Assembly: GCF_006345805.1 (NCBI RefSeq)
Contig: NC_043002.1
Coordinates: 106,578,001 to 106,642,000, forward strand
Direction of reading: 5' to 3'
DNA length: 64,000 bases
From: Octopus sinensis
Taxonomy: Eukaryota
Position 1 is the stretch's first letter. Each line of letters begins with the position of its first letter. A program made the position numbers and the translations under genes. Shown piece after piece: positions 12,877 to 28,137 of this stretch. Below the pieces are notes generated by a model. It had not been told where the DNA came from. It did not search any database and worked only from the letters and a program-made list of their open reading frames with translations.

Positions 12877-14400
12877 AAAATGCGCATGTGTATATATACA
12901 TGTGCATCAATGTCATTATGTGTGTCTTCATTAATACTGGGTGAAAAAAATGGTTTTCTTTCTTTACATTCTCTGGTAATCAAAAGTTCCATAGACCCAG
13001 CTTTCGACATGTGAAGTCCATAAGTAGAAAAAAGAAAAGTTCCTTACTTAGAAATCAAGCCAGAGTTGGCAACAGAGAGAATGTCCCATACTAGAAAATC
13101 TGTCTGAACTAGTTTCATCTAACCCATACCAGCATGGATTAATAGACATATATATATATGAATGAACAAAACAAACAAATGAACGAGATACTCATACACA
13201 CTCACACATTCACTCATAAATTCAACAAGTCCATACTTTCACCCATAAACAATAAACACCAGCGTAATAAATATAGTGATGCAAGGTTCACTGGCTCTGT
13301 TTGTTAGTATTGTTTACTAATGCACTAATGCTGGCTTCCAGTTATGTTAAGTACGAATTATGCTGTTGATAACCAGAACAAAATATGCTGAACTGTATGT
13401 AACAACAAAGATCTTAAATCTCTGTTGTTCTCTTTGTTCTTTCACACATATAATATGGTTATCTTTGTCTTCCATACCTATCAGATAATAATTTTTGGTC
13501 ATTTAACTGAGTTTTTGGAAAGTAGCAGAGTCATTAAAAATTATAGAATAAGATAACAGAGAAATTAGAGGAAAAAGCTAAAACCAAGGAATGTGAATAG
13601 ACTTTTGACTCAGATGAGGCATGGATTTGCAGTGAAAGAGAAAAAAAGACAAAAAACAACACATAACCTCCCTTCATCAGCCATCAACAAAATTTTACTG
13701 TTGTTTCAACACCTTTTACCAGTACCACTCTCTAGCAGTGTCAGTAGTTAAGTGTGTGTGTGTGTGTGCACGTGCGCAAGTGTATTGATCTGTGCATCTT
13801 TTATCAGAGGAATCTAACCATCTGAAGAAAACCAATAAGGACAACCGAATGAAATATATTGTAAGATTTGCCCTGAAGTGAGTTACAATCACTCTCAACA
13901 TCCGAAATACAGTGAAACAGTGATTAGCTTATTAGGTATATATAACCAATTGCAATGTAAAGCAAATAAAACAAACAATCCCTTGCATCTGCTTCTAAGA
14001 TGGAAAAAGGCTAACTTGAATGATCTTAACTAAAAGCAAAGAACACAACTTTAGTAATCACCAACACAATATTCCAACATGCAAACATATACAAGGGTTC
14101 CTGGTAGCGTCTGTAATCAAAGCAATGACTACAACTGATAATATAACTGGATGGTCATGTGATTCATGACATATGACTGGTATGATACATGATTGTTGTC
14201 ATAGGATAGGTATCTGATTGGCTGTGTCATTGTAGATCCAATCACATAAGACGTTTTATGACAAAACCCTACCACTTATTACAATCAGACACAGTAATTC
14301 AAATCATTACACAGCAACAGCAGCCACAGAGACAATAGCAGCAGAAGATCAACAATGAGCTCCTCTGAGATGAAAGCAAAGCAACCTCAACAGTTAAACT

Positions 14401-14815
14401 TCAATGATCTTGATGTTGAGACAGCATTCACCCGGGGTAGGTTGAGCTGGCTTCATTCATCCTCAATGCTGCATCTCTCACAAACGCTGACCAGGCCTGG
14501 CGATTTGAGGCTAACAACCATGTGATCTCCAACCACTACTTATTCAAGCGGCAAACACCATAGATATGGGGTCCTAAGTTGGGTTTCAAATCAGCCTTGA
14601 CTGTCATCAGCCAGGTTTTTTGTTGTCCACCACATCGCTTTCGCCAACCCTGAAGGGGAGCTGGGGCAATTGCTTCATAGATGAATTCTCCTGGTTGACG
14701 ATGAAGGGCATGACCCAGCCAATGCAGACGTTTCGTTAGGACGACTTGTCAGAGGGAGGTGATTTTGCACTGGTGTCGCACCGAATTGTTGGAGACAAAG
14801 TGATCAATGATTGAT
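14401..14815 (-). mobile_element. 3' end of a second RTE-clade LINE family
   Basis: Minus frame: KRLHWLGHALHRQP...GWRKRCGGQQKTWL.TVKADL...NRQAWSAFVRD..., stop at 14430-14428, one internal stop. Confidence 0.7.
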
Positions 14816-15139
14816 ATTAGGAACACAACAACACCACTAAGGACACATAGAGCCCGCGAGTGTGTATGAAGCTTGTCCGGAATCCTTGTGCTTCATAGGA
14901 TTTACAAGAATAACACACAAATCAATCAGTAGATTAATAGAAGGTAGGGTTTCCTGCCTACCAAATTGACAGGAATAATGAGCGGAAAAGGAAACATTAC
15001 CAAGATACAAAGGCTGCAGTACGAAACTAAATACACGGACCGAAGAATAACTAGTGGCAGGAAAAAGCAGATGAAATCCAAACACGAACATACAAAGCGA
15101 GTTTGTTGCCATCATGATGATCAGCAAAAAAGCTAGATA

Positions 15140-15184
<45 letters not shown>

Positions 15185-15612
15185 GCACCTGTAAAAAGCA
15201 AAGCAGTAATGTGACAGTTTCAAAATCAGAAAGAACAACAATAAAACAAACAAACAATGAAATCATCAAGTGAAAGAGTGGACGGTTGCTAGGGATATAT
15301 ATATTTCTTTCTCTTTTACTTATTTCAGTCATTTGACTGCGGCCATGCTGGAGCACCGTTTTTAGTCGAGCAAATTGACCCCAGTGCTTATTCTTTGGAG
15401 GCCTGGTACTTGTCCTGAGCAACAAAGAAATATTGAATGGCCAAGACAGGAACAGCCTTCCTTATCAGTCTGCTGGGTCAGGACCAATCAACAACAACAA
15501 CAATAATAATAACAACTAAAGCTATTTATCAAACGACTTAGGGAGCTTCTCTGGAAAAACAGAGAAGACAGATGGAGAACATTATAATCATTATGCATGT
15601 AATTACATGTCA

Positions 15613-16974
<1,362 letters not shown>

Positions 16975-18328
16975 TCAGAAATTCCAAACACTGCAATATG
17001 GATATAAACAACAGAATGCAATGTGTGCTCTGTGTGTGTGTGTGCGTTGTGTGTGTGACCATAGGATGGAAAGAAAAATAATGATGAGGTGGGGGGAGAT
17101 GGGGGGATTGCTTTTTTTTATTGTTTTAATGAATTTGGGGAGACTGCAGGCACCTGTTGTCAAACGAATGCCTGCTAAACACCAAGAGACGTCCCCTTCA
17201 GCACTGGTGCTTGTCTTACAAAGCGGCTGTGTTGAAGCAGTCGCCTCTCAAAGAGCATAAGGGTCCTCGTTTTCCCTCTCTTCCTCAGCATATGATGAAG
17301 ACAAACACGGCCACAAGCACATCGATATTGTGGGGTCGCACTCAACTGAAGGAGTCTCCGTTTCCCACCTCCACCACCTCCCCTTCGTTGCAGCTGATGA
17401 TGGCAGCTCTTGGAGTTCGGGGTGATGGTCAGGGTAGGCAACAATTGGCAAGCTTGTCTCTTTGTTATAATATCTTTATTTTCAGCAAAGGTGGGGATGA
17501 GGCCAATAATGTTGCTATTATTATTATTATTATTTGTAGTAGACTTGATGCAAATGTTTTTGTTAATGCTACTGCTGCCTCTACGACTACTGCTACTACT
17601 ACTACTACTACTACAGTTGCTATGGTGGTAGTAGTAACAGCAGTAACAGTCGGGAAGCAGGTGAATTTCTTGTCTGAAGTTTTTGCAAGATTTACTGAAG
17701 TGGTAGAAATCGACCCAGTTATTAAGCATTCTTGCAACACTTGAGGTGTTGTGTGTGTGTGTGTATGTGAATGAGAGAGAGAGAGTCTGCCAAGTACGTT
17801 TTTTTTTGTCTACTTTAGAAAAATAATAGTGAAGAATGAATAGAAATTTTTTGTTTTTATATGTAGTATATATATATATATATAAATATATATGTATAAT
17901 GGTGTCTATAAGTATATAGATAGATATATAGATATCTTACACACACACGTGAGTGTAAGGGAATATATATATATATATATATATTATATATACGATGGAA
18001 TATATATATTTTTTATATTTTTAATTTAGTTTTCATACATATCTACAAAAATGTATGTTTGTGTGTGATTATATAGATATACATTTATATGTGTGGAATG
18101 TATGTATAGTCGTACTAGATTTTTTTATACATACACCAAAATACAAAACCTATACATACAGCTTCAAGGTAACGCTTACTCTTTCTACAAACACGGGCTG
18201 AGTTATGTTGTGATGTGTGTATGTGCTTACTTCTCTCTCTCCTATGTGATGAAAGAAAATTCAAAGATTGTCTATAAGGAAGTTCTTTCCCTCAGCTGAG
18301 AAGGTGGCCCACCTTGATGAGAGGAGCA

Positions 18329-18365
<37 letters not shown>

Positions 18366-19019
18366 GGGGATGAGTTTAGCAGTTAAAGCACTGGAAGACA
18401 GGTAGGGGGAGGAGGAGGAGGAGAAGGAGGAAAAGGAAAGAGGGGTGCTGAAAGTTTCTTAAAAGGCTTTGATTTCATTTGAAGTGTTAAAAAACTGTTC
18501 AGTGTTGCAGTTATTACTGCTGCTGCTGTTGTTGTTTTTGTTTTTGTTGCTATTGTGTTTAAACTAAGTATTTTACAAATATATACGTGTGTGTGTGTGT
18601 GTGTGTGTGTGTGCATGCGTCTGTGTATGCGTGCGTGCGTGCGTGTGTGTGTGTGTATGTGAATGTGTACTAGTGCATGAGTGTGTTTACAGTGTTTGTT
18701 TGTTTTTTCTTTTATCTTATTTATTTACATTTACCTAGCTGGAGCTTCATTTTTTATGCAGTTTAAAATCACTGACCCAAATGCCCAACATTCTTGCAAG
18801 TACCAGCTGATGGTGGTGGAGGCGCCGGTGGTGGTGGTGGTTGCGGCGGCGGCGACGGCAGCAGTGGTGGTGGTGGAGACAGTGTAGGGGGGAGGCGGCG
18901 GGGGGGGGGGGGACAACTGGGAGTGGTGTAAGAGGAAATGAAATAGAGAGAGAGTGGAGGTAGATGATAGCTATAATAACAGCCGCTTATCCCCTTTGCT
19001 TCTATGTATGTATACGCAC

Positions 19020-19071
<52 letters not shown>

Positions 19072-19687
19072 TATATATCCCGCTCACCCTCTCTTTGTAG
19101 ATACTAAAAAAGGTATTTTACAAGTACCTCTCCTGTCCTCCTCCTTCTTAATCAAATGCTCAGCTTTTAAGTGCAATATCAACTACTATTATTACTACTA
19201 CTACTACTGCTGCTGCTGCTATAACACCACCACTACCACTGCCAGACTTGTTTGACTTTTTCCACTCCGATTCAGGATGCAATTTATACGTACAGACAGA
19301 CAGACAGACACTTTCACAAAGTGTATAGACAGATGGACAGATGTAAGCCTGTAGTGTGTAGAGACGTTTGTGTTGAAGTGTATCCACGGGATGTACGGAT
19401 TATAGGTAGCCAATAGAGGAGGAGGAGGAAGAGGTGAACATGTGAGGAGAGCAGTTGTGAGTGGTTTTGGATGAGGTGGAAAGTGGATCAGATATTTATG
19501 AGAGTCTCTTTTTTTCTTCTTTTTTTTTTCTTCTTTTTACTTAATTGTATTGGGTTCTATTAGTTCCTTCTGGCTCGATGACATAATCTCTGCAATTTCT
19601 GTGAAAGAAGTGCCGGAGACAACAGTTTACGTTTTCTTGAAGGCCGCTTTGGAAGTGATTTGTACAATCCATTGGAACTTCTTAAAC

Positions 19688-19706
19688 CTGGAACAAATAA
19701 AAATTT
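19688..19706 (-). promoter_or_regulatory. Candidate splice acceptor opening the MLK 5' leader
   Basis: Minus strand TTTTTATTTGTTCCAG|GTTTAAG (AG at 19689-19688). It lies at the boundary between SINE-rich DNA (>19.87 kb) and SINE-free, trinucleotide-repeat-rich leader-like DNA (17.0-19.7 kb). Confidence 0.45.
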
Positions 19707-21209
19707 AAGATGTAATCAGAATGTATAGTGAAATTATTTAAATCCAACTACACACATAAAATATATAATCAAAATTTAAACAAAATTATAATATGAATGA
19801 AATAAAACAACAGTTAACTGGATTTAGATTTTCAGACTTCATCTCCAACATATTCACAATATTTACATTGGTTTCAAGGCAGCAAGCTGGCAGAAACATT
19901 CACATGCTAAGCAAAATGCTTAGCGTTATTTCATCTGTCTTTACGTTCTGAGTTCAAATTCTGCCAAGGTCGACTTTGACTTTCATCCCTTTGGGGTCAA
20001 TAAATTAGGTACTGGGTGCGTACTGGGATCGATCTAATTGACTGGCCCCCCTCCCACAAAATTTTGGACCTTGTGCCTAGAGCATAAAAGAATATAACGT
20101 ATTAAGGTGGTGAGCTGGCAGAAACGTTAGCACGCCAGGTGAAATGCTTAGTGGTATTTCGTCTGTCTTTACGTTCTGAGTTCAAATTCCTCCATGGTCG
20201 ACTTTGCCTTTCATCCTTTTGGGTTCAATAAATTAAGTACCAGTTTTATTCTGGGTCGATCTAATCAACTGACCCCTTCCCCAAAAATTTTGGGCTTTGT
20301 GCCTAGAGTAGAAAAGAATATTTATATTGGTTTCAAATTTTGGCACAAGGCCAGCAAGTTTGTGGGAGGAGACTAGTCGATTACATCAACTCCCATAAGC
20401 GACTGCTACTTATTTTACTGACCCCAAAAGGATGAAAGGCAAAGTCAACCTCAGCAGAATTTGAACTCGGAAAGTAAAGACAGATAAAATGCCACTCTGC
20501 ATTTTGCCCAGTGTGCTAACAATTCTACCAGCTTGCTTCCTTATTTACAATATTCATATTAACACTACACTTCAATTGGTTTGATCCCCGGTAGTTATCA
20601 AGTGTGTTATTCCTGCATATGCACACACTGAGTAAATCCCTATTTTATATATCCTTGAGCCCAACAATTCACAAGGCCAGTTTCTCATTTTCCATTACAT
20701 ATAAGTGACCAAGATAACATTACTCTGAGGAGGGCTCTAGCCTGTGGCAGGGTGTATGGCCAGCAATTTTAAGGCAATGGGGGGGTACACAAGATGGTTA
20801 CACAGACTCTAGTACTTCACTGGTACTTTATTTTGTCAACCTCAAATGGATGAAAGGCAAAGTTGACCCCCAGGGTGTGTGTGTGTAAGTTTGAGTGAGA
20901 AAGAGATGGCCGGAGATAAAAGATAAGGGGAAAACCAGAGAGCAAGTGTTCCTCTTATCTTGTATTTTTGGCCACTATTTAAAGGAATAATTTAATGTGA
21001 CATTGTCTGTTGATTGTTTTATGACCCAGAGGTTTATGAAATCTTAGCCTGTTAAATCTGGCTAACCCTTTGTACCTTTGCTCTCTCTCCATTTATGCTA
21101 AAATGAGAGTGTCAATGAATATTACATGTCTTGGGATTTTTTCCCCTCTAAACCAAATTTTTAATTCACCTGAAGAAAACCTGTAGTGAATTTTTAACCC
21201 ACTTGTGTA

Positions 21210-21275
<66 letters not shown>

Positions 21276-22949
21276 CCTAACGTCAGATGCATTGAGATGG
21301 TACTTTCACAAGTATGATCTACCAAGTCTTCATAGCAGGTATTTCTGACTTTATACCATTTTCCCCAGATACCTTTAGACAGAGTCTTGAAGCAAATACT
21401 TGCCACAATGTGACTTTCTGTAAAAGCATTTTAGGGCCTAATGGTGCTGCTAAACTGAAGAATGGATTAAGTCTACCACCAAGGATTAGTATAATCCATT
21501 CAATGCATTTCAACACAGTTTCTACCAATCTAATTTCACTGATAAAGAATGAGATGATCCAAGTGTATAGCAGAAAGCATTTGGTCAAGAAGCTGTGCAG
21601 TGGCACCAAACTTGGAAGCTTGTCATTGCATTACAGCAATGACTATTACATCATCATTTAACGTCCATGTTCCATGCTAGCATGGGTGGGGGACAATACC
21701 ACAAGAGCCAACCAGGCCAAAGCCTGTACCAGACTTCTGTGACTGTTTTAGCAGGATTTTTACAGCTGGATACTTTCGTAACACCAACCACTCAACAGAG
21801 TGGACTTTGTGCTTTTTACATGGCAATTTTGGCAAGGTTTTTACAGCTGGATGCCCTTCTGAACACCGACCACTTTACAGTGTGGACTGGGTGCACTGAC
21901 TGTGTAACCAAGCACATGCAAAACAAAAACTTTTAAGAGGGGAGGAGGTGATGATGAAAATGTTATAGTGAGACAGATACAGGTGTCTTGCTGTAGAGGA
22001 AGTACAAGGTTACCCAGCCATGTGACATTGTTAAACCAACTAACAGTTTAAGTCTATCAACTGAAAATAAGAGCAGCTCCTAAAATGGGCTTCTACACCC
22101 TTCCTGGTAACATAATTCCATTCACAAGTCTCTAAGTCAGCTTCATACTAAGCTAGGAGATACTTACACAAGGTGCTGCACAGCTGTATTGAACCTAAAA
22201 ACCACATAGTCCTGAAGTGGACTCCAACAGATCAAGGAGACAGTTTTGCTGTCTATCCACTAATACATGGACAGCACACATCAAAAACCCCTCAGAGTCA
22301 CTACAAATAATGTTTTGATCTCACATTGAAACATTATACATCTTAACATTACTAAACTGATTTCTGGCCGTCTGCCAGCCTCGTCTGGCACCTGTGTCGG
22401 TGGCACATAAAATCACCCACTACACTCTCGGAGTGGTTGGCGTTAGGAAGGTCATCCAGCTGTAGAAACACTGCCAGATCTGACTGGCCTGGTGCAGCCT
22501 TCGGGCTCGCCAGACCCCAGTTGAACCGTCCAACCCATGCTAGCATGTAAAACGGATGTTAAACAATGATGATGATGATGATGATGTGGCTTCCTGCTGG
22601 TGGCCATAAAATACCTCAGCTCTAATCAGCTCAACTAAGACAAACATTAGCATGTTGTTTATACATCTGGGAGAGTACTGCTGCTTCACACACAAACCTC
22701 TCAGCCCACTTTTCTATCAATGACCACCAATCTGATTAGCAGTGATTTAGCTGCTGACACACAAGCTGTCAAACACTCTGTACCCTCTCTCTACATCTAC
22801 CACTGCTACTACAATGGCTTGTGTTCCTCTGAAACACACCAATTCCACCCAACATCACCATCTCTTCCATATATATACCTTTTCCCCAGATACTGTAATA
22901 ACCTCTTTGCTCAATCATTCGTTACTCTCCAGAGCTGCAGCAACCTTCT

Positions 22950-23019
<70 letters not shown>

Positions 23020-24924
23020 TACAGACACAGACCAAAAGAAATTCAAGCAGAACATCAACCACATCAGTGTCCCCTAACTAGGATAATCTTCGAAGGTCAT
23101 GATCAGGCCACTGCCCTGCTTCTTTTGGTTAAACTATAAAACATACCTAGAGACATACTCTGCATGAAAGCTAAACAGTAAGATCAGTTCTAACATCCAT
23201 AGTGCAATAAACTAAGAAATTTTAATCTATTCAAATTATTCTAGTGATGAAGAGAAATAATCAATAGCTTATTAATTAATTAATTCTGGTCAAAAAGGGG
23301 AGGCACCAATGAAATATTAATTCGTTAAAATTAATTAAAAGTAGACTGTTTACATTTGTCTTTTTTTTATTGATCAGCCAGAAGACAAAGGACAGCTCCT
23401 ATGGTCCTTTTCAGGTCCTCTGAGACAGCTAGGAAGAAGTTATCCTCAGGTGGAGACCTGGTTTCAATGCATACAACAGAATAGTCACTGCTATATTCCA
23501 CCTAGGGTCAGGTGCAAGGGTTCAACCAAACAGAGGATTAAGTCTATCATCATCATTTTAACATCTACTTTTTCATGCCTGCATGGGTCAGATGGAATTT
23601 GTTGAGGCAGATTTTCTATGGTTGAATGCTCTTCCTCCCACTAACACCTGCCTGTAACATTTCTCCATGACCAGACTGGAAATGGGGGATTTCCACTGGT
23701 GTGATGGTGATACCCATTTATAACTATTCAATGATGTGAAGACAAGGAAGAACACATGCATGTATACACACACACATGTATATATGTGATGGGCTACTTT
23801 CAGTTTACATCTACCAAATTCACTCACAAGGTTTTGGTCAGCCCAGAGCTATACAATAAGACACTTGGCCAAGGTGCTACACTGTGGGATCGAACCCAAA
23901 ACCGTGTAGTTGGGAAACAAACTTCCTAATCACACAGCCATGCCAAAGCTTCCACACAGTTTCTATCTACTCACAAGACTTTAGTCAATGAGAGAATATG
24001 ATTGAAAGCACTTTCCCAAACTGATGGGCTGAGATCAAACTGGAAACCACATCATGAAGCTATGAACTTCTTAACCCCATAGTGATGGGACAACCTTGTT
24101 AACCCCATAGTGATAGAGCAACTTTAACCCCATAGTGACAAGGGAAAGCTTCTTAACCCTGCAGTAAGGTAACTAAATCACTGAAAATATCCCAACTTTA
24201 AAATCAGAACATATGAGGGTAACATTAATGTGGTTCCATAATCACAATACTTCTGACAGATCTACCCCCAGTTTATCTACCACATCCCCCCCATTACCAT
24301 CCATGCTCCACTACTCCATGGCCCTTAGTTCATTTGGTGCATCTCAAGCCATGTTTACCACTGTATCTATCTTTTATGTACCTACTACTGTTTATTTACT
24401 GATAACAACTGTGCAAAGTTCCTGCCTACACCTGCTGCTACATATCAACAAAGTTCATATTCTTAACGCTTCTCCAGTAATTAAATAGCTACTCTCGGAG
24501 ACAATGAAAAGGTCTACTATGAGACCACTCAGAATGCTAGAATTAGCAGTTAAATCTCCCTCAAATCACACAAACACTACCATCTCATAAAAAGACACAT
24601 TAGATAACATAATCTGGCTAAAAAGAAAATGGGGAAGGCAGGATGATCACAACTGAAATGGGATTGATCATAGTTCTACTCACTGGTGTCTAACCCAAGG
24701 CTAAAAACAAAGCAACAACTCTACTGTCCATTATCATGTCCAGCTGATTACACACCCTCCTTCCTATCTATATGTATGTATAAATAAATATAATTAAGGG
24801 TTTAGCAACAGGTTGTTTCACCACATACTGAAAATTTAGAAATAGCAGCCAAAGACAGCTAATTCTTTTAACTACAAATATGACTCCACATACAACAATA
24901 TTTGTAACTCACACCCTATATATA

Positions 24925-25227
24925 ATCAAAATAAGCAACAGGATATCTAGAGGTAATGTAGTACAATCGCTTCAAGCGACTCCATTTAATTGAACAATGC
25001 AACCATTAAATGCAGTGCAATCCTCAGCTGCATAAATACATAGAATTAAATTAAATTAAAACAGATGGACACATCTGTATAATTTTACCTAAAACCTCCA
25101 AGAAGGTAAGGAGATAGACCAAGAACATGCTGTCTTCACTTCAGCTTTAATTTAATTTAATTCTATGTCTTTATGCAGCTGAGGATTGCTCTGCATTTAA
25201 ATTGATGTAATGGTTGCATTGTTCAAT
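24925..25227 (-). mobile_element. Second copy of the HHR-bearing family with a local foldback duplication
   Basis: 24925-25146 is the reverse complement of 841-1075. HHR on minus strand at 25032-24957 (CTGAGGA...GAAGC-GATT-GTA). 25147-25227 is an inverted copy of ~24980-25060. Confidence 0.7.
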
Positions 25228-25570
25228 CACAATGGTTCCGGGTTCAGTCCCACTGCATAGCACCTTAAGCAAGTGTCTTCTACTATAGCCTCGGGCTAAC
25301 CAAAGCCTTGTGAGTGGATTTGGAAGACGGAAACTGAAAGAATCCTGTCGTATATATATGTTTGTGTCTGCGTTTGTCCCCCTCCCCAACATTGCTTGAC
25401 AACCGATGCTGGTGTGTTTACGTCACATTACTTAGCGGTTCAGCAAAAAGAAACCGATCAAATAAGTACTATGCTTACAAAGAGTGAGTTCAGGGGTCGA
25501 TTTGCTCGACTAAAGGCGGTGTGCCAGCATGGCCACAGTCAAATGACTGAAACAAATAAAAGAATATGTA

Positions 25571-25622
<52 letters not shown>

Positions 25623-25842
25623 CCACAGAGATTCACCGTATGGAAGACACTTGGTAATGCTCAAAACATTCAAACTTAGGCTCTGACGTCTTTACAGAGG
25701 ATCGTTTCATAAGGCAAAGAAAGTCTATAAGAGGGAGAGGGTTGAGCAGGTGTAGAAGCAATTAAACAGATAAACAAATTAGCCACATCAAATATATTAA
25801 ATATATTAGTTTGGGTATGAAATACAAAATATGTATATATGC

Positions 25843-25990
25843 AGGTGCAGGAGTGGCTGTGTGGTAAGTAGCTTGCTTACCAACTACATACTCCTGGTTT
25901 CAGTCCCACTGCATGGGTGGAACCTTGGGCAAGTGTTTTCTACTATAGCCTTGGGCCGACCGAAACCTTGTGAATGAATTTGGTTGTATG

Positions 25991-26037
<47 letters not shown>

Positions 26038-26245
26038 ATATGTTTGTGTCTCTGTGTTTGTCCCCCAACATCGCTTGACAACCGATGCTGGTGTGTTTAC
26101 ATTCCTGTAACTTTAGCAGTTCGGCAAAAGAGAACCGATAGAATAAGTACTAGGCTTACAAAGAATAAGCTCTGGGATCAATTTGCTTGACTAAAAGCGG
26201 TGCTCCAGCATGGCCACAGTCAAATGACTGAAACAAGTAAAAGAG
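25843..26245 (+). mobile_element. tRNA-derived SINE family B (TGGCTGTGTGG..GGTTCAGTCCC..central microsatellite..GACTGAAACAAGTAAAAGAG)
   Basis: A/B-box-like head. Other copies or fragments approx. 5800-6080, 12230-12640, 15300-15410, 23820-23945, 25230-25565, 27480-27660, 28690-28845, 31020-31410, 33570-33932, 43030-43310, 53990-54190, 56815-56960, 57290-57490. Confidence 0.75.
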
Positions 26246-26972
26246 TTTGTATACATGCAAAACAAAAGGACTTTCAGATGATGAACTTTTAAGTATAGAT
26301 ATACAGATATTTATATTAATATGTCCAACTTACATAGAGTGCTAACCCCTTTAATTTTCTCTGTCATTTGTACTCTGTGTAAGTTGGACTTGCTAATATA
26401 AATATCTATATATTTATATTTCAAAATTCATCATCTGAAAGACTCCTCATTTTGCATGTATACATATTTTGTATTTCATATGCAAACTAATATATATATA
26501 TTCATATTGGCATGTAAAAAGCACCATTCAAGTGTGACCATTGCCAGCATTGCCTTACCTGCACATATGCCGGTGGCACGTGAAAAACAATGTTCGAGCA
26601 TGGTCGTTGCCAGTGCCGCTGGACTGGCTCCCGTGCAGGTAGCACGAAAAATCACCTTTTGAGCATGGTCGTTGCCAGAACCGCTTGACTAGCCCTAGTG
26701 CCAGTGGCACATAAAAGCACCCACAACACTCTTGGGGTGGTTGGCGTTAGGAAGGGCATCCAGCTGTAGAAACTTTACCAGATCAGATTGAGCCTGGTGC
26801 AGAGCCTTCTGGCTCACCAGTCCTCAGTCAAACTGTCCAACCCATGCCGGCATGGAGAGCAGACGTTAAACAATGACGATGATGATGATATATATCAATA
26901 AATAAAAAACGAAGAATACAAAAAAAAAACAATGTAAGGATGTAAAGACACTCAGGAAAGTAAAGAAAGACA

Positions 26973-27007
26973 GTTTAATGTTTCGAGCACAGCTCCTCTT
27001 CAGAAAC
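26973..27007 (-). ncRNA. Compact hammerhead motif (family 2)
   Basis: Minus strand GTTT-CTGAAGA-G-GAGC-tgt-GCTC-GAAAC-AT-T-AAAC: 4-bp stem I, 4-bp stem II, intact core. Confidence 0.6.
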
Positions 27008-27689
27008 AGAGGAAAGTCCAATAGAAAAGGAAGACAGAGGGAAAAAATATCCCCAACGATTCATATGTGGTTATATTTTGAAATATATATATATATATAT
27101 ATATCCTTTATAGTAAGATACCAAGGCTTGTCCCTCTAGCCCACTTTAACCTGTCAACACCTGTCACAAAACTGCTTTCCACTTCACAAATATTTCACCC
27201 ATTTATTCAAGAGATTGTTTTCATTTTTTTCTTCCTTCTTGTTCTTTTCTTGCCTTGCAAGTGGCACACACAAAAAAAAAAACCACACCCAGTATACTCT
27301 GTAAGATAGCTGGTATCATGAAGGGCAATGAACCATAGAAACCACACCAATGTTGGCACTGGAGGTGAATATGACCCTGAAGCTCACCAGATCAAATCAT
27401 CCAACCAATGCTCGTATGGAAAACAAACATTAAACAATGAGGATGATGATATCATCCTCAGTATTGTTTTAATTCTTTCATTTGTTTCAGTCACTTGACT
27501 GCAGCCATGCTGGAGCACTGCCTTTAGTCGAGCAAATCGACGCCAGGACTTATTCTATCAGTCTCTTTTGACGAATCGCTAATTTACGGGGACATAAACA
27601 CACCAGCATCGGTTGTCAAGTGATGCTGGAGGGAACAAACACAGACACAAACATATACATATATATATATAAATATATATAATATATAT

Positions 27690-28096
27690 ATATATATAAT
27701 ATAAATTGGACATGGGCGATCATTGTATTCTTTCTTGTCTTGAGGTTCACAGCCAAACGGCTGGGTGGATTCACATAGAAAATGGCACACATGTGGAGAC
27801 GGGTACATAGATTGGAATGCAGTTTGTATTTTTTTCCTAGCCCCCATACTAACCCAAAAAATCGATTAAAACTTTTTCTAATGGAATTCCCCTCTTTCTT
27901 CTGCCATTAAAACAAACAGTTGCTTAGAAGCTGTTTTCTGATGGGGTGGGGCCAGGAAATTTTCGTACAGCTGGAAATCGAAACAGGAGACCCGAAATGA
28001 TATGGTTGAGGAATGCTGTTATAGATTATGCCTAACTGAAAACGATCATAGCCACATCATCCAAACAGACCGGGTGAAACTGGGCTTAGCTGCTAG
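27690..28096 (+). mobile_element. Probable degenerate non-autonomous Helitron (family H3)
   Basis: Starts in (TA)n with TATAATATAAATT; ends with imperfect hairpin GACCGGGTGAAACTGGGC then GCTAG|T. 5' boundary blurred. Confidence 0.5.
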
Positions 28097-28104
28097 TATA
28101 TATA

Positions 28105-28137
<33 letters not shown>

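Noticed and set aside
13716-13740. AREWY peptide as MLK exon 2 (DFGLAREW)
   Set aside because: Preceded by TTDT and an HT microsatellite, followed by W-stop; no DFG or AAGTYAWMAPE. No exon 2 was found in 1-15641.
16975-17163. In-frame upstream ORF that UGA read-through or editing could fuse to MLK
   Set aside because: Its listed start is TTG with no in-frame ATG, and the editable A has a disfavoured 5' G neighbour.
17157-17744. 195-aa plus-strand ORF antisense to the MLK leader
   Set aside because: TTG start, triplet-repeat composition, no recognisable domain.
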